Part shown: one piece after another, positions 9,781-18,871 of the stretch
How positions within the stretch are numbered: position 1 is the stretch's first letter
Layout of the letters: each line of letters begins with the position of its first letter
Source of the DNA: an uncultured Bacilli bacterium
Lineage (GTDB): Bacteria; Bacillota_I; Bacilli_A; RF39; UBA660
DNA: 49,671 nucleotides
Assembly (NCBI GenBank): GCA_944332465.1
Contig: CALVJZ010000001.1
Span: 1-49,671, forward strand
Direction: 5' to 3'
Notes under the pieces: generated by a model
Told to the model about the DNA's origin: nothing
Databases searched by the model: none
What the model saw: the letters and a program-made list of their open reading frames with translations, nothing else
Translations under genes and position numbers: made by a program

Positions 9781-10476
9781 ATGAAAGAAAAAGAAAAATT
9801 TATCAATTGGAAAGGCCTACTTTTAGCAATATTTATATTCTTATTATTCTATTACAGTTCCTATCTTCAACTAATACCAATTGCGATATTCAATATTGAT
9901 TTAAAAAACATATCAGAATCGATGAATGTAATATTATCAACATTTTCAAATTTTATTCTCCTACTAATCTTTATCTTAATTTTTAGAAAAGATTTAGTAA
10001 AAGAATGGAAAATATTTAAAAGCAATATAATGGAAAATCTAGATATAGGTGTTAAATATTGGTTAATTGGTCTAGCTGTTATGATGACATCAAATATTAT
10101 CATTAACTTTATTTTAAATTTAGGACAAGCTGCCAATGAACAAGCTGTGCAAGGTATGATTACTGCTCTACCTTGGTTAATGTTACTAAACGCTGGTATC
10201 ATTGCTCCGTTTACCGAAGAAATTATATTTAGAAAAGGTTTTAAAAAAGCTTTTCCAAATAAATATGTCTTTATAATTGTTTCCGCACTAGTCTTCGGAG
10301 CATTACATGTCGTAACAACAATGTCATCACCATTAGAACTTTTATATATTATTCCATATGGTGGACTTGGTGCAGCATTTGCTTGTATGTATCAAAAAAC
10401 AAATACAATCTTTACAGATATATCTATGCATATGTTTCACAACTCTGCTTTAATATTACTTTCAATTTTAATATAA
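9781..10476 (+). CDS. CPBP family intramembrane glutamic endopeptidase (CAAX protease-like)
   Basis: Multi-TM protein with EEIIFRKG, FGALH and HMFHN motifs. Confidence 0.8.
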   Translation: MKEKEKFINWKGLLLAIFIFLLFYYSSYLQLIPIAIFNIDLKNISESMNVILSTFSNFILLLIFILIFRKDLVKEWKIFKSNIMENLDIGVKYWLIGLAVMMTSNIIINFILNLGQAANEQAVQGMITALPWLMLLNAGIIAPFTEEIIFRKGFKKAFPNKYVFIIVSALVFGALHVVTTMSSPLELLYIIPYGGLGAAFACMYQKTNTIFTDISMHMFHNSALILLSILI

Positions 10477-10508
10477 AAAAAGCTTTCCATCGAAAGCTTT
10501 ATTTTTTT
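10475..10508. terminator. Bidirectional intrinsic terminator
   Basis: 9-bp stem AAAGCTTTC/GAAAGCTTT, with an A-run before and a T-run (10502-10508) after. It sits between convergent genes. Confidence 0.8.
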
Positions 10509-10509
10509 A

Positions 10510-11157
10510 CTATTTTACTGCTATACCACGTTTAATATTAACATCAAAGAATACTAATAAGAAACATAATACTCCTTGAATAATAAGTGTAGAAAAATAA
10601 GAAATCCAATAATTATCAAACACTAATAAATTCATATAAATTAATGTATAGAATAAATAAAATACTACAAATGCAAATATATATGTTAAATAAATTAAAA
10701 TAAATGAACTATTAGTATTAGTAATAATAAATTGATAAATTGATAGATTTACAAATTGACTAACTACATAACCACAAAATCCACCACAAATATCATAAAA
10801 ATTAAATTGTTGTCCTATAATAAGACTCATTAAAAAACTAAATACTACTAAAGCAACTCCACTAAATGATACCGCTACTATAGATTTACCATATCCATAT
10901 TTCTTTGTAATAAAGTTTGTTATAAAGAAAACAACTGGTAATATAAAAATAGAATATGTCAAACTAACATTATCAAAAGAAAAAGAATAATCTTTTAAAG
11001 CATGTCCAAGAATAACTATGGTAGATAGTAACAATATATATACCCACCAACCTTCATGTTCAACTTCTAATATTTGTTCTACTTCTTTTTCCTTAGCACT
11101 ATATTTCTTTGGAACTCTTTTACTACTTGATTTAGCTTTTTTCGTAACATCACTCAT
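10510..11157 (-). CDS. Putative VUT/YhhQ-family (queuosine-precursor transporter-like) membrane protein
   Basis: Polytopic membrane protein. The FITKKYGYGKS and VSQFVNLSIYQFI segments resemble the D..nE.YG and SQ..D..vY blocks of the family, but the acidic residues are replaced. It has a Lys-rich N-terminal extension. Confidence 0.45.
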   Translation of the reverse strand: MSDVTKKAKSSSKRVPKKYSAKEKEVEQILEVEHEGWWVYILLLSTIVILGHALKDYSFSFDNVSLTYSIFILPVVFFITNFITKKYGYGKSIVAVSFSGVALVVFSFLMSLIIGQQFNFYDICGGFCGYVVSQFVNLSIYQFIITNTNSSFILIYLTYIFAFVVFYLFYTLIYMNLLVFDNYWISYFSTLIIQGVLCFLLVFFDVNIKRGIAVK

Positions 11158-11224
11158 TATACATCCTACCCTTTCTATTATAAAAGTATTGTAACATAAA
11201 AAAAGATATAAGAGAAGTAGTAAA

Positions 11225-11860
11225 ATGAAAGATTTTACTAATTACAAAAAGTACGTTATATACTATAATAAATATAAGGATGTGATATATGTGAATATAA
11301 ATAAAATAGATACTTATTTAAAAGAAAACTTATCAAAAAAGCGCTATGAACATAGTTTATTGGTTGCAAAAGAAGCTAAATCTTTAGCAAAAATTTATCA
11401 CGTTGATGAAGAAAAAGCATATCTTGCTGGCTTAATGCACGATATTGCTAAAGAATTAAGTGAAGATGAAAATAATTATTGGATTAAAAAAGGTAATTTA
11501 GCAGACGATTTAAAAAAAGAAAACTATAAAAAAATAAGACACGCAGATATAGGTGCCTTAATTGCAAAAGAAAAATATAATTTAGATAATGATATATGCA
11601 ATGCTATAAAATATCATACAATTGGAAACAAGAATATGGATACTTTAGCTAAAATTATATACATCGCCGATAAAATTGGTCGAAAAGAAATCCCCAAAGA
11701 ATTAATACCTATAAAGGACTTAGTAAAAAAAGATTTAAATGCCGCACTTATATACTTTATTGAAAAACAAAACAAAAACTTAATATCAAAAAATATAACT
11801 CCTCATAAAAACACTGAAGAGCTATTACAAACACTAAAAAAGCAAAATAAAAACTCATGA
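11225..11860 (+). CDS. yqeK: HD-domain bis(5'-nucleosyl)-tetraphosphatase, YqeK family
   Basis: RYEHSLLVAKEA...AGLMHDIAKE and KYHT motifs. The true start may be the GTG at 11291 (AAGGA SD upstream), giving VNINKIDTYLKE. Confidence 0.8.
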   Translation: MKDFTNYKKYVIYYNKYKDVIYVNINKIDTYLKENLSKKRYEHSLLVAKEAKSLAKIYHVDEEKAYLAGLMHDIAKELSEDENNYWIKKGNLADDLKKENYKKIRHADIGALIAKEKYNLDNDICNAIKYHTIGNKNMDTLAKIIYIADKIGRKEIPKELIPIKDLVKKDLNAALIYFIEKQNKNLISKNITPHKNTEELLQTLKKQNKNS

Positions 11861-11879
11861 TTCCATGAGTTGTTTTTTT
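11852..11879 (+). terminator. Intrinsic terminator of yqeK
   Basis: 8-bp stem AACTCATG/CATGAGTT spanning the stop codon, then a T-run at 11873-11879. Confidence 0.8.
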
Positions 11880-11880
11880 A

Positions 11881-11955
11881 TGGAGCGGATGAGGGAAATC
11901 GAATCCCCGTCACAGCCTTGGCAAGGCCGTATTCTAACCACTAAACTACATCCGC
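11881..11955 (-). tRNA. tRNA-Gly(GCC)
   Basis: Reverse complement folds as a cloverleaf: acceptor GCGGATG/CATCCGC, anticodon loop TTGCCAA, encoded CCA. Confidence 0.95.
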
Positions 11956-11956
11956 A

Positions 11957-12030
11957 TGGAGGGGCCTACCGGATTTGAACCGGTGATCAGGGTGTTGCAG
12001 ACCCACGCCTTACCACTTGGCTAAAGCCCC
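11957..12030 (-). tRNA. tRNA-Cys(GCA)
   Basis: Reverse complement GGGGCTTTAGCCAAGTGG...; anticodon loop CTGCAAC, T-loop GGTTCAAATCC, encoded CCA. Confidence 0.95.
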
Positions 12031-12043
12031 ACTTGCACTTATG

Positions 12044-12072
12044 ATTATATCAAAGCTATTATAAAATTTCAA
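12044..12072 (-). promoter_or_regulatory. Sigma-A-type promoter for tRNA-Cys/tRNA-Gly
   Basis: On the minus strand: TTGAAA, 17-nt spacer, TATAAT. It ends about 13 nt upstream of the tRNA-Cys 5' end. Confidence 0.55.
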
Positions 12073-12111
12073 CAATATTTTTCAATTTTAATTTATGCAA
12101 AAAAAAGAGAG

Positions 12112-13362
12112 TTATTCCTCTCTGATGAAATTATAAATATTTTTAGAATTATACAAAAACTCATTATTTTTAATTACTGGTTTCAATCCAAAATAATCAG
12201 TATATAAATATAAAGTATCACCAGCTATAAAAGCAACACCACCATCTTTTACTTGCCATTCTGTAATATTTTCAAAATTTCCAATTAAAATAGGATTTTT
12301 ATAATCATTTTGAATAACACGATATAAATTATTATTACCAGTAATAAAATAATAATCAAGTAAATTCCTTTTTATATTTTTAGTATCATATAATTTAGTA
12401 ATCTCTTTATTCTTTACCATCATATTATCAATATTTCTTGATTTAAATATAGAGTCATCTGTCTTTACTTTCTTACCATTATTAACTTTATAATTAATCT
12501 TTAATTCTTCCATCTTTCCTTTAATAGGATTAAGTACATATTGTTTTTCATTTTTTTCATCAGTGATAAATAACTTATCATCAACTACTCCATTAAAATA
12601 AATACTTTGTGAAACACTAACTTCTACTACAGACTTTTTCTCATCAACCATATTATATATAATAAACTGATTATAGTTTAATTCTTCATCTTCATTATCA
12701 GTATTAACTGTAACGTAATAATCTCCAACAACACTAGATAACGTGTTTTCATAATAATCAGAATTTAAAAACTTTATATTTTGAATTTCATCACCCTTAA
12801 TTAAATAAATACCTTTATAATTCCAAACTGAAAAAATATAATCGTCTGGAATATTGTTAAAATAAACTTCTAATTGTTTGTTTTTCGTAACACTATTATC
12901 AAAATTATAATAATTATCATCATAATCATACTTGTCAAACTTTTCTATCATATACGAAAACAAATCTTTTTCATTGTTTACTAAATAATATGTACTTACT
13001 TGCTTACCATCTAATAAACAACTAACATCATATACTCTATCTTTCTTATAAATTGGAAAAATACACTCTAAATTTTCCTTTTTATAATATTTAATATCCG
13101 TAATTATTCTCTCGTCTTTTTTAAAATTGTCTTCTATTGAGAAAGCATAATGCTTTTTCTTATCTTTTTTATTTTCTATAACAAAAGAATAATAATTTTT
13201 TTTATCACTTTTCTTAAACTTTTCAGTTATTTTATATTCTTTTTGATCACTTGTAATCAATTCATAATTTACTTTATGTTCTGTAATAAAAAGAGAAACA
13301 ATAAACTGATATAAAAAAGCTAAAAAAGCTAAAAAAATTAACATGGGTAAAATTTTTTTCAT
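12112..13362 (-). CDS. Hypothetical membrane-anchored (N-terminal TM/signal) beta-rich protein
   Basis: 416-aa ORF with the N-terminal hydrophobic segment MKKILPMLIFLAFLAFLY. The rest is Tyr/Asn/Lys-rich with no motif I recognise. A terminator-like AGAGAG/CTCTCT stem plus T-run overlaps its 3' end. Confidence 0.6.
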   Translation of the reverse strand: MKKILPMLIFLAFLAFLYQFIVSLFITEHKVNYELITSDQKEYKITEKFKKSDKKNYYSFVIENKKDKKKHYAFSIEDNFKKDERIITDIKYYKKENLECIFPIYKKDRVYDVSCLLDGKQVSTYYLVNNEKDLFSYMIEKFDKYDYDDNYYNFDNSVTKNKQLEVYFNNIPDDYIFSVWNYKGIYLIKGDEIQNIKFLNSDYYENTLSSVVGDYYVTVNTDNEDEELNYNQFIIYNMVDEKKSVVEVSVSQSIYFNGVVDDKLFITDEKNEKQYVLNPIKGKMEELKINYKVNNGKKVKTDDSIFKSRNIDNMMVKNKEITKLYDTKNIKRNLLDYYFITGNNNLYRVIQNDYKNPILIGNFENITEWQVKDGGVAFIAGDTLYLYTDYFGLKPVIKNNEFLYNSKNIYNFIREE

Positions 13363-13443
13363 ATTATCACCTACATAACATCATGTTAAATCATTAATTC
13401 TACATATTAATTCTAACATAAAAATTAAAAGAAAGAAAAGGAA

Positions 13444-13465
13444 AGGAAAGTATTTCTACTTTCCT
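13444..13465 (-). terminator. Intrinsic terminator of the PH-domain gene
   Basis: 9-bp stem AGGAAAGTA/TACTTTCCT overlapping the stop codon, followed on the minus strand by a T/C-rich tail. Confidence 0.55.
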
Positions 13466-13905
13466 GAATTATCATGTGAAAGACCATATTGTTTTTTCTC
13501 TTCCATCATATAACGTGAAATCTCTGTTTCAATTTCATCTAAAGCATCTTTAGAAATATTAGATAAAGCTATAAACTCTTTAACTGTATCTATATATATT
13601 TTTCCCCATAATACACCACTTGTAACTTTTAAATCATTAAACATATCTGGTGTAATAGAATTTAAAAAATATCCAATAACAACTCTTTTTCTACCTATTA
13701 AAATTCTTTTATCCGTAATTGCAACAACAGCAGTTCCCCAAATATTAAAAGGATTATTATTTTTTTGAGCAGCAAAAGCATATAATACTTTTTCATCAGA
13801 ATTAACATGTGTATCAACAACAGCTGCATTTTGTTTAATTCTCCACGCTACCGTAAATGGATGTCTCTTTTTAAATTCTAAAGCGTACTCATAAGCGCTT
13901 TTCAT
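13456..13905 (-). CDS. Bacterial PH-domain protein (YokE-like)
   Basis: 149 aa. The segment pattern ...EKVLYAF...GTAVVAITDKRILIG...GKIYIDT... resembles the bPH/YokE-like family. Assigned from memory of the family pattern only. Confidence 0.5.
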   Translation of the reverse strand: MKSAYEYALEFKKRHPFTVAWRIKQNAAVVDTHVNSDEKVLYAFAAQKNNNPFNIWGTAVVAITDKRILIGRKRVVIGYFLNSITPDMFNDLKVTSGVLWGKIYIDTVKEFIALSNISKDALDEIETEISRYMMEEKKQYGLSHDNSGK

Positions 13906-13916
13906 AAAAATCCCCC

Positions 13917-14504
13917 TTAATCTATAAATCCATTATCTTTAAAGAAAGATACAAAATCATCTGTAGTAACTAATCCATTAACCATATCTTTAATTTCACC
14001 ATCTGATACAATAAGTAATAATGGTGTTCCATATCCTTCACTAAAGAAATCATCAGAATTCATTAAATCACTTTGTTCATCCGCATCCATTTCGTCAGTA
14101 TCAATATGGTAAATTGTCAAATCATATTCATAAGCAATATTATGTAAAATTGGTTCAGCTATTTGACAATATCCACAAGTTGGTCTTGAAAGTAATACAA
14201 TACTATCTTCATCACCATCATACATATCTAAATATTCATCTACATCAATATCTTCAAAATCTTTCATCTCATCTTCTGAAATTGCATTAGCTTCTTCTGT
14301 TGCGATATCCGTAATACTATTTCCTGTACTAGTATCAGAACTTGAATCTGTTGCACTACTAGACTCAGAATATAAATCATTATTCTTATCACTAGCTGAA
14401 ACTGATACAAAGAAACATAATAAACAAAATAAAATTACACCTACAGCTATTCCTACCCCAATTAAAACTTTATTAGTATTATTAGAACTTACATTACCAT
14501 CCAT
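13917..14504 (-). CDS. Membrane-anchored thioredoxin-fold protein (CGYC active site)
   Basis: One N-terminal TM, a Ser/Asp-rich low-complexity linker, then a thioredoxin-like module with TCGYCQ and a cis-Pro region (GTPLLL). Confidence 0.65.
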   Translation of the reverse strand: MDGNVSSNNTNKVLIGVGIAVGVILFCLLCFFVSVSASDKNNDLYSESSSATDSSSDTSTGNSITDIATEEANAISEDEMKDFEDIDVDEYLDMYDGDEDSIVLLSRPTCGYCQIAEPILHNIAYEYDLTIYHIDTDEMDADEQSDLMNSDDFFSEGYGTPLLLIVSDGEIKDMVNGLVTTDDFVSFFKDNGFID

Positions 14505-14575
14505 AAAACTTCCTCCTCAATAAAATTATAACACAAACATAAAATATTTCTATTACAAAAGTAATATTTCACAAA

Positions 14576-16168
14576 TTAATCACTTTTCTTTTTATTTAGA
14601 TATTCCTCATATGGTACCACTCTATCAACAATAGTTCCATCATCTAATATTTCAATTACACGATTACTAACAGTACTATTTAATTCATAATCACGAGAAG
14701 TAAATAAGATTTCCCCTTTAAAATTAATCATACCCTTATTTAAAGAAGTAATACTTTCCAAATCTAAATGGTTAGTTGGTTCATCTAAAATTAAGAAGTT
14801 AGGTTCTTCTAACATCATTTTAGATAACATACAACGTGCTTTCTCTCCTCCTGATAAAACAGACACCTTTTTAAAAACGTCTTCTCCTGAAAATAACATT
14901 CTCCCCAAGAATCCTCTTAATATTGTTTCATCTTTAACATCATAAAATTGTCCAATCCATTCCATAATATTTTTTTCAGAATTAAAATATTCAGTATTAT
15001 CTTGAGGTAAATAACCATAATTAATAGTTTTTCCCCATTCAATAGTTCCACTATCATAACTTTCATTACCAGCTAAAATATTAAAAAGTGTTGTTTTAAC
15101 AAAATCATCTTGAGCTAAAAAACATATTTTATCACCCTTTAATACAGTAAAAGATACATTATTAAGTATAGTCTTACCATCAATAGTTTTACATAGATTT
15201 TCTACTTTTAAAATTTCTTTACCTGCTTCTTTTTCAATCTTAAAATCAATATAAGGATATTTCCTAGAAGAAGGAACAATTTCATCTAATTGAATTTTTT
15301 CTAATAATTTTTTTCTTGATGTTGCTTGTTTTGATTTAGAAGCATTAGCACTAAATCTTGCGATAAATGCTTGAAGCTCTTTTATTTTTTCTTCTTTTTT
15401 CTTATTTGACTCTTTCATCTGCTTTTGTAGTAATTCACTAGATTCATACCAGAAATCATAGTTACCGACATATAGTTTTATTTTACCATAATCAATATCA
15501 GCAATATGTGTACAAACCTTATTTAAAAAATGTCTATCGTGAGAAACGATTATAACAGTATTATTAAAATTAATTAAAAATTCTTCTAACCATTCTATTG
15601 CTTCAATATCCAAACTGTTTGTTGGTTCATCTAAAAGTAATACATCAGGATCACCAAATAAAGCTTGTGCAAGTAAGACTTTAACTCTAAGTTTAACAGG
15701 AATATCTTTCATCTTCATAGAATGATATTTTATATCCACTCCCAAACTATTTAATAAAGTAGCTGCATCACTTTCGGCATTCCAACCATCCAACTCCATA
15801 AATTCTGCTTCTAAATTAGCAAGCTTCATTCCATCTTCTTCACTAAATTCAGTTTGCATATACATTTTATTTTTCTCACTCATAATTTGATAAAGTTTTT
15901 CATTACCCATAATAACAACATTTAAAACTTCTTCATCTTCAAATTGATAATGATCTTGTTTTAAAAATGAAATTCTCTCATCTTTTCCAACAATAACTTC
16001 ACCTGTTGTTGTTTCAACTTCACCAGCAAGAACTTTTAAAAATGTACTTTTACCAGAACCATTAGCCCCAATTAATCCATAACAATTACCATTTGTAAAT
16101 TTAATATTAACTTCTTCAAATAAAACTCTTTTACCAAATTTTAAACTTACATTGTTTACTTGTATCAT
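14576..16168 (-). CDS. ABC-F family ATPase (translation-associated, no TM domain)
   Basis: Two ABC cassettes (GANGSGKST...LLLDEPTN; LSGGEKAR...ILDEPTNHLD) joined by a Lys/Glu-rich linker. No membrane domain. Confidence 0.9.
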   Translation of the reverse strand: MIQVNNVSLKFGKRVLFEEVNIKFTNGNCYGLIGANGSGKSTFLKVLAGEVETTTGEVIVGKDERISFLKQDHYQFEDEEVLNVVIMGNEKLYQIMSEKNKMYMQTEFSEEDGMKLANLEAEFMELDGWNAESDAATLLNSLGVDIKYHSMKMKDIPVKLRVKVLLAQALFGDPDVLLLDEPTNSLDIEAIEWLEEFLINFNNTVIIVSHDRHFLNKVCTHIADIDYGKIKLYVGNYDFWYESSELLQKQMKESNKKKEEKIKELQAFIARFSANASKSKQATSRKKLLEKIQLDEIVPSSRKYPYIDFKIEKEAGKEILKVENLCKTIDGKTILNNVSFTVLKGDKICFLAQDDFVKTTLFNILAGNESYDSGTIEWGKTINYGYLPQDNTEYFNSEKNIMEWIGQFYDVKDETILRGFLGRMLFSGEDVFKKVSVLSGGEKARCMLSKMMLEEPNFLILDEPTNHLDLESITSLNKGMINFKGEILFTSRDYELNSTVSNRVIEILDDGTIVDRVVPYEEYLNKKKSD

Positions 16169-16221
16169 TTTATCACCTCAAAACTTCTTAAAGTGTACTA
16201 TAAATTAAAAAAAAAGACAAG

Positions 16222-16917
16222 TTATAAAACTTTTCTCTTTACATAATCCTCTAAAGTATCTTCTTTAATGTCACAAGCTATATACTCTAAAAAAGAAACA
16301 TCATTATCTCTTGCCTCACTCAAACTACTATATAATTTAGAAAAATCATAACCATAGTCTCCAAACCGCTCCTTGCAAAATTTATTTAATACTCTAAAAA
16401 ACAAAAAATTATCTATTAAATCTTTATTTCTTTTTACTATTTTTTCTCTATCACTATCATAATTAATAAAATATTTACCAGGATCAACAAAATACAACCC
16501 TTCATTAAACGAATAATTTTTAACTCTCGTATCTTTAGGCATAAAATCCGAAACCAACACTCTGTTTTCACCTAAAACTCTGGCATCATTAGATAATAAT
16601 TTAAAATTTCGAAGAACAGCATCGGTAGGTAACCCCATAAAATGTAAAAGTCCTAAATCTTCTATATATCTTGTTGTATAACCACAAAAATCACCAAAAA
16701 TATTATATAAAGTAGTCTGTGGTAATAAAATACAATCAGTATAAATTCCCTGTAAAAAAGAAACATCTTCTGGTAGTAAACGACTACACCATGCAATATG
16801 ATGATAACATTTATAAGCAACATCACCTTTATGGTAAACCTTTGCTTCTTCTCCTTTACCAATGAAATCAAACTTAGTCAACAATTTCTTTCCATTACTA
16901 TCAAAAACAAGTCTCAT
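16222..16917 (-). CDS. Minimal protein-kinase-like protein, paralog B
   Basis: Blocks IGKGEEAKVY, VAYKCYH, GYTTRYIE, LGENRVLVSDFMPKD...NY, LYFVDPGK. I moved the start to the ATG (MRLVF), with SD AGGTGG 8 nt upstream, inside the end of paralog A. Confidence 0.6.
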   Translation of the reverse strand: MRLVFDSNGKKLLTKFDFIGKGEEAKVYHKGDVAYKCYHHIAWCSRLLPEDVSFLQGIYTDCILLPQTTLYNIFGDFCGYTTRYIEDLGLLHFMGLPTDAVLRNFKLLSNDARVLGENRVLVSDFMPKDTRVKNYSFNEGLYFVDPGKYFINYDSDREKIVKRNKDLIDNFLFFRVLNKFCKERFGDYGYDFSKLYSSLSEARDNDVSFLEYIACDIKEDTLEDYVKRKVL

Positions 16918-16918
16918 T

Positions 16919-17620
16919 CTATTTACCACCTAAAATTTTTCTTTTAACGTAACTTTCTAAATTATTTTCCCTTATATCACCAGCAATATATTCTGTTAGT
17001 TTTCCTTCTAAACAAAATTCATCTAATGAGGAATCAGAAATACTAGAATTAACCATATCTGAAGGAACAATTGTTTTTACATAAGGTAAAATTACTCCAT
17101 CTAATAAAACTTGATCAACCATTACAGAATTATAATCGGTTATTTCTTCAGATGATATTTCTTCTTCAAAATAAAATTTACCCGGATCAAAAAAATATAA
17201 ACCATGATGAAAAGCATAATTGCATATAGCAGATACTTCAGGTAATATATCTTGAATTACTACATGATTTTCTCCTAACATCTTACAATCATCTTTTAAT
17301 AACTTAAATTCTTCTTTCAAACAATCAACAGGCAAATGTAATAAACTATCAACACCATAATTTTCTACATATCTAGTTGTATAACCTTTAAAATCACCAC
17401 GCAAACTCCATAACATATCCTGTGGTAACAAAATACGTTTTGTAGGTATTTTCTGTAACCTTTCTGCATCCTCTAAACTTAATCTTTCAGAATAAAAAAA
17501 GGGATGATAACATTTATAAGCCTTATTACCTAAACGATATACCGTTCCCTCTGTACCTTTTCCAATATAATTATAAGAATATAATGTAATGATACCACGA
17601 TTAGTCCTAATTACTCTCAT
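16919..17620 (-). CDS. Minimal protein-kinase-like protein, paralog A
   Basis: Blocks IGKGTEGTVY, KAYKCYH, GYTTRYVE, LGENHVVIQDILPE...NY, LYFFDPGK. Clearly homologous to the downstream ORF. Confidence 0.6.
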   Translation of the reverse strand: MRVIRTNRGIITLYSYNYIGKGTEGTVYRLGNKAYKCYHPFFYSERLSLEDAERLQKIPTKRILLPQDMLWSLRGDFKGYTTRYVENYGVDSLLHLPVDCLKEEFKLLKDDCKMLGENHVVIQDILPEVSAICNYAFHHGLYFFDPGKFYFEEEISSEEITDYNSVMVDQVLLDGVILPYVKTIVPSDMVNSSISDSSLDEFCLEGKLTEYIAGDIRENNLESYVKRKILGGK

Positions 17621-17634
17621 ACATATCCCCTATT

Positions 17635-18513
17635 TTATAATTCAATAAACTCTTTTAAAACATAATAAACTTTTTCAATTTCTAAAGCTTCATCTTTCTT
17701 TTTACCTAAACTTTTCAATATATCCAAAACATTAACAGTAGTCTTTTTTACTTTTTTATTATCTTGATACTTTTCCATTTTCTTTTCTACATATTCAATA
17801 CTTTCTATATCACTCATAATTTTTTTACTATTTATCTGCATAATACCTTGTTTCTTTGGAATATGATCAAACTGATATTTAAAATACTCAAATTGTCTAA
17901 AAATAGCTGGCTTCTTATAATTTTCATAAATCATAAGTGCATATAATAATATCCTAACATCTCCAACAACATGAAGATTTTTACCATATCTTTGTTTCAT
18001 TTTAGTATATTGAGAAACAATATATTGTTTTTTTTCACCAAGACTAGCAGTATGTGATTTTATTGATATTGAAAGTTTTTCACTTTTATGAAAGAAATGA
18101 TATAAAAATAAAATTATAAATACCCATAATAAAAACTTTAACTGTTCTGCATCTAAAAATACAGTTTCTACTTGCCTAATAATAAATTGATTAACAAAGT
18201 AACAAACCACTACATTCCCCACATATAATGGTATAATTCCTTCTTCTTTAGCAAAGAAATCTTTATCCAATAAATATGTAGTATAAATCATTCGTATTAA
18301 AAATTCAAAAACAACAATTAAAAAAACATCATTACAAAAAGTTAATAGATGAAATGAACTAGCTAATGCAGCTATAAAGATAATAAATATATTAGTAAAT
18401 AAAATATACTCTAATTTATTTATTTCTAACTTTTTCGAAATAACATTTAAAAATAAAAATAATAAAACAGCAAAAAATAAATAACTAATAAATATTAAAG
18501 CTTCCACAAGCAT
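17635..18513 (-). CDS. Hypothetical 5-TM membrane protein with a Lys-rich soluble C-terminal domain
   Basis: Five hydrophobic segments in about 150 aa, then a ~140-aa charged tail. SD AGGGGG lies upstream of the ATG. Confidence 0.6.
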   Translation of the reverse strand: MLVEALIFISYLFFAVLLFLFLNVISKKLEINKLEYILFTNIFIIFIAALASSFHLLTFCNDVFLIVVFEFLIRMIYTTYLLDKDFFAKEEGIIPLYVGNVVVCYFVNQFIIRQVETVFLDAEQLKFLLWVFIILFLYHFFHKSEKLSISIKSHTASLGEKKQYIVSQYTKMKQRYGKNLHVVGDVRILLYALMIYENYKKPAIFRQFEYFKYQFDHIPKKQGIMQINSKKIMSDIESIEYVEKKMEKYQDNKKVKKTTVNVLDILKSLGKKKDEALEIEKVYYVLKEFIEL

Positions 18514-18532
18514 TCCCCCTAAAAGTAGCTAT

Positions 18533-18541
18533 ATTATACCA
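18533..18541 (-). promoter_or_regulatory. Extended -10 element (TGgTATAAT) upstream of the 5-TM/kinase-like operon
   Basis: On the minus strand: TGGTATAAT, about 20 nt upstream of the SD, directly after a terminator. The -35 is poor. Confidence 0.35.
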
Positions 18542-18547
18542 AATAAG

Positions 18548-18587
18548 TAAAAAAAAGACAAACTATAATACATTTTTTTGTTTGTCT
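18548..18587 (-). terminator. Intrinsic terminator after the ybaK-DUF4186-ORF102 unit
   Basis: 8-bp stem AGACAAAC/GTTTGTCT enclosing the stop codon of ORF 18563-18871, followed on the minus strand by a run of 8 T. Confidence 0.7.
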
Positions 18588-18871
18588 AATTCTTTTAACT
18601 TAGCCTTTATCATAAAAACTAAATCCATATCGGCATTTATTTTATATAAAACAAGTAAGCTATCCTGTAATTTAGTCCTTAATGACATTGTATCTTTTAT
18701 ACATTCTGCTTCCTTTTTATAATCAAAATTAGCTATAGGATTATCTTTAAGAAATGCTCTAATATAGTTTTCAATATCTTTTAATACATAAACTTTTAAA
18801 TCATAATCATCCATTTCCATAACCCCATAATATCCACCTACTAGATATTTAAATTCATCTTCAAGCTTCAC
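18563..18871 (-). CDS. Hypothetical protein (102 aa)
   Basis: ORF whose ATG overlaps the DUF4186 stop (4-nt ATGA-type overlap), implying translational coupling. No motif recognised. Confidence 0.5.
   Translation of the reverse strand: MKLEDEFKYLVGGYYGVMEMDDYDLKVYVLKDIENYIRAFLKDNPIANFDYKKEAECIKDTMSLRTKLQDSLLVLYKINADMDLVFMIKAKLKELDKQKNVL

Noticed and set aside
11158-11224. A preQ1 riboswitch upstream of the YhhQ/VUT-like transporter gene.
   Set aside because: The 67-nt leader has no preQ1-I/II-like core (no ...CCCUC/UAAAAAACUA(A/G)G-type pseudoknot elements). It is too short and AT-rich for a convincing aptamer.
17635-18060. A lytic-transglycosylase (SLT) motif in the tail of the 5-TM protein (YENYKKPAI...QGIMQI resembles ES...P.A...GLMQI).
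   Set aside because: The spacing between the Glu and GIMQ is much longer than in SLT domains. Positive-inside topology puts the tail in the cytoplasm, where a muramidase makes no sense. I treat it as a chance resemblance.
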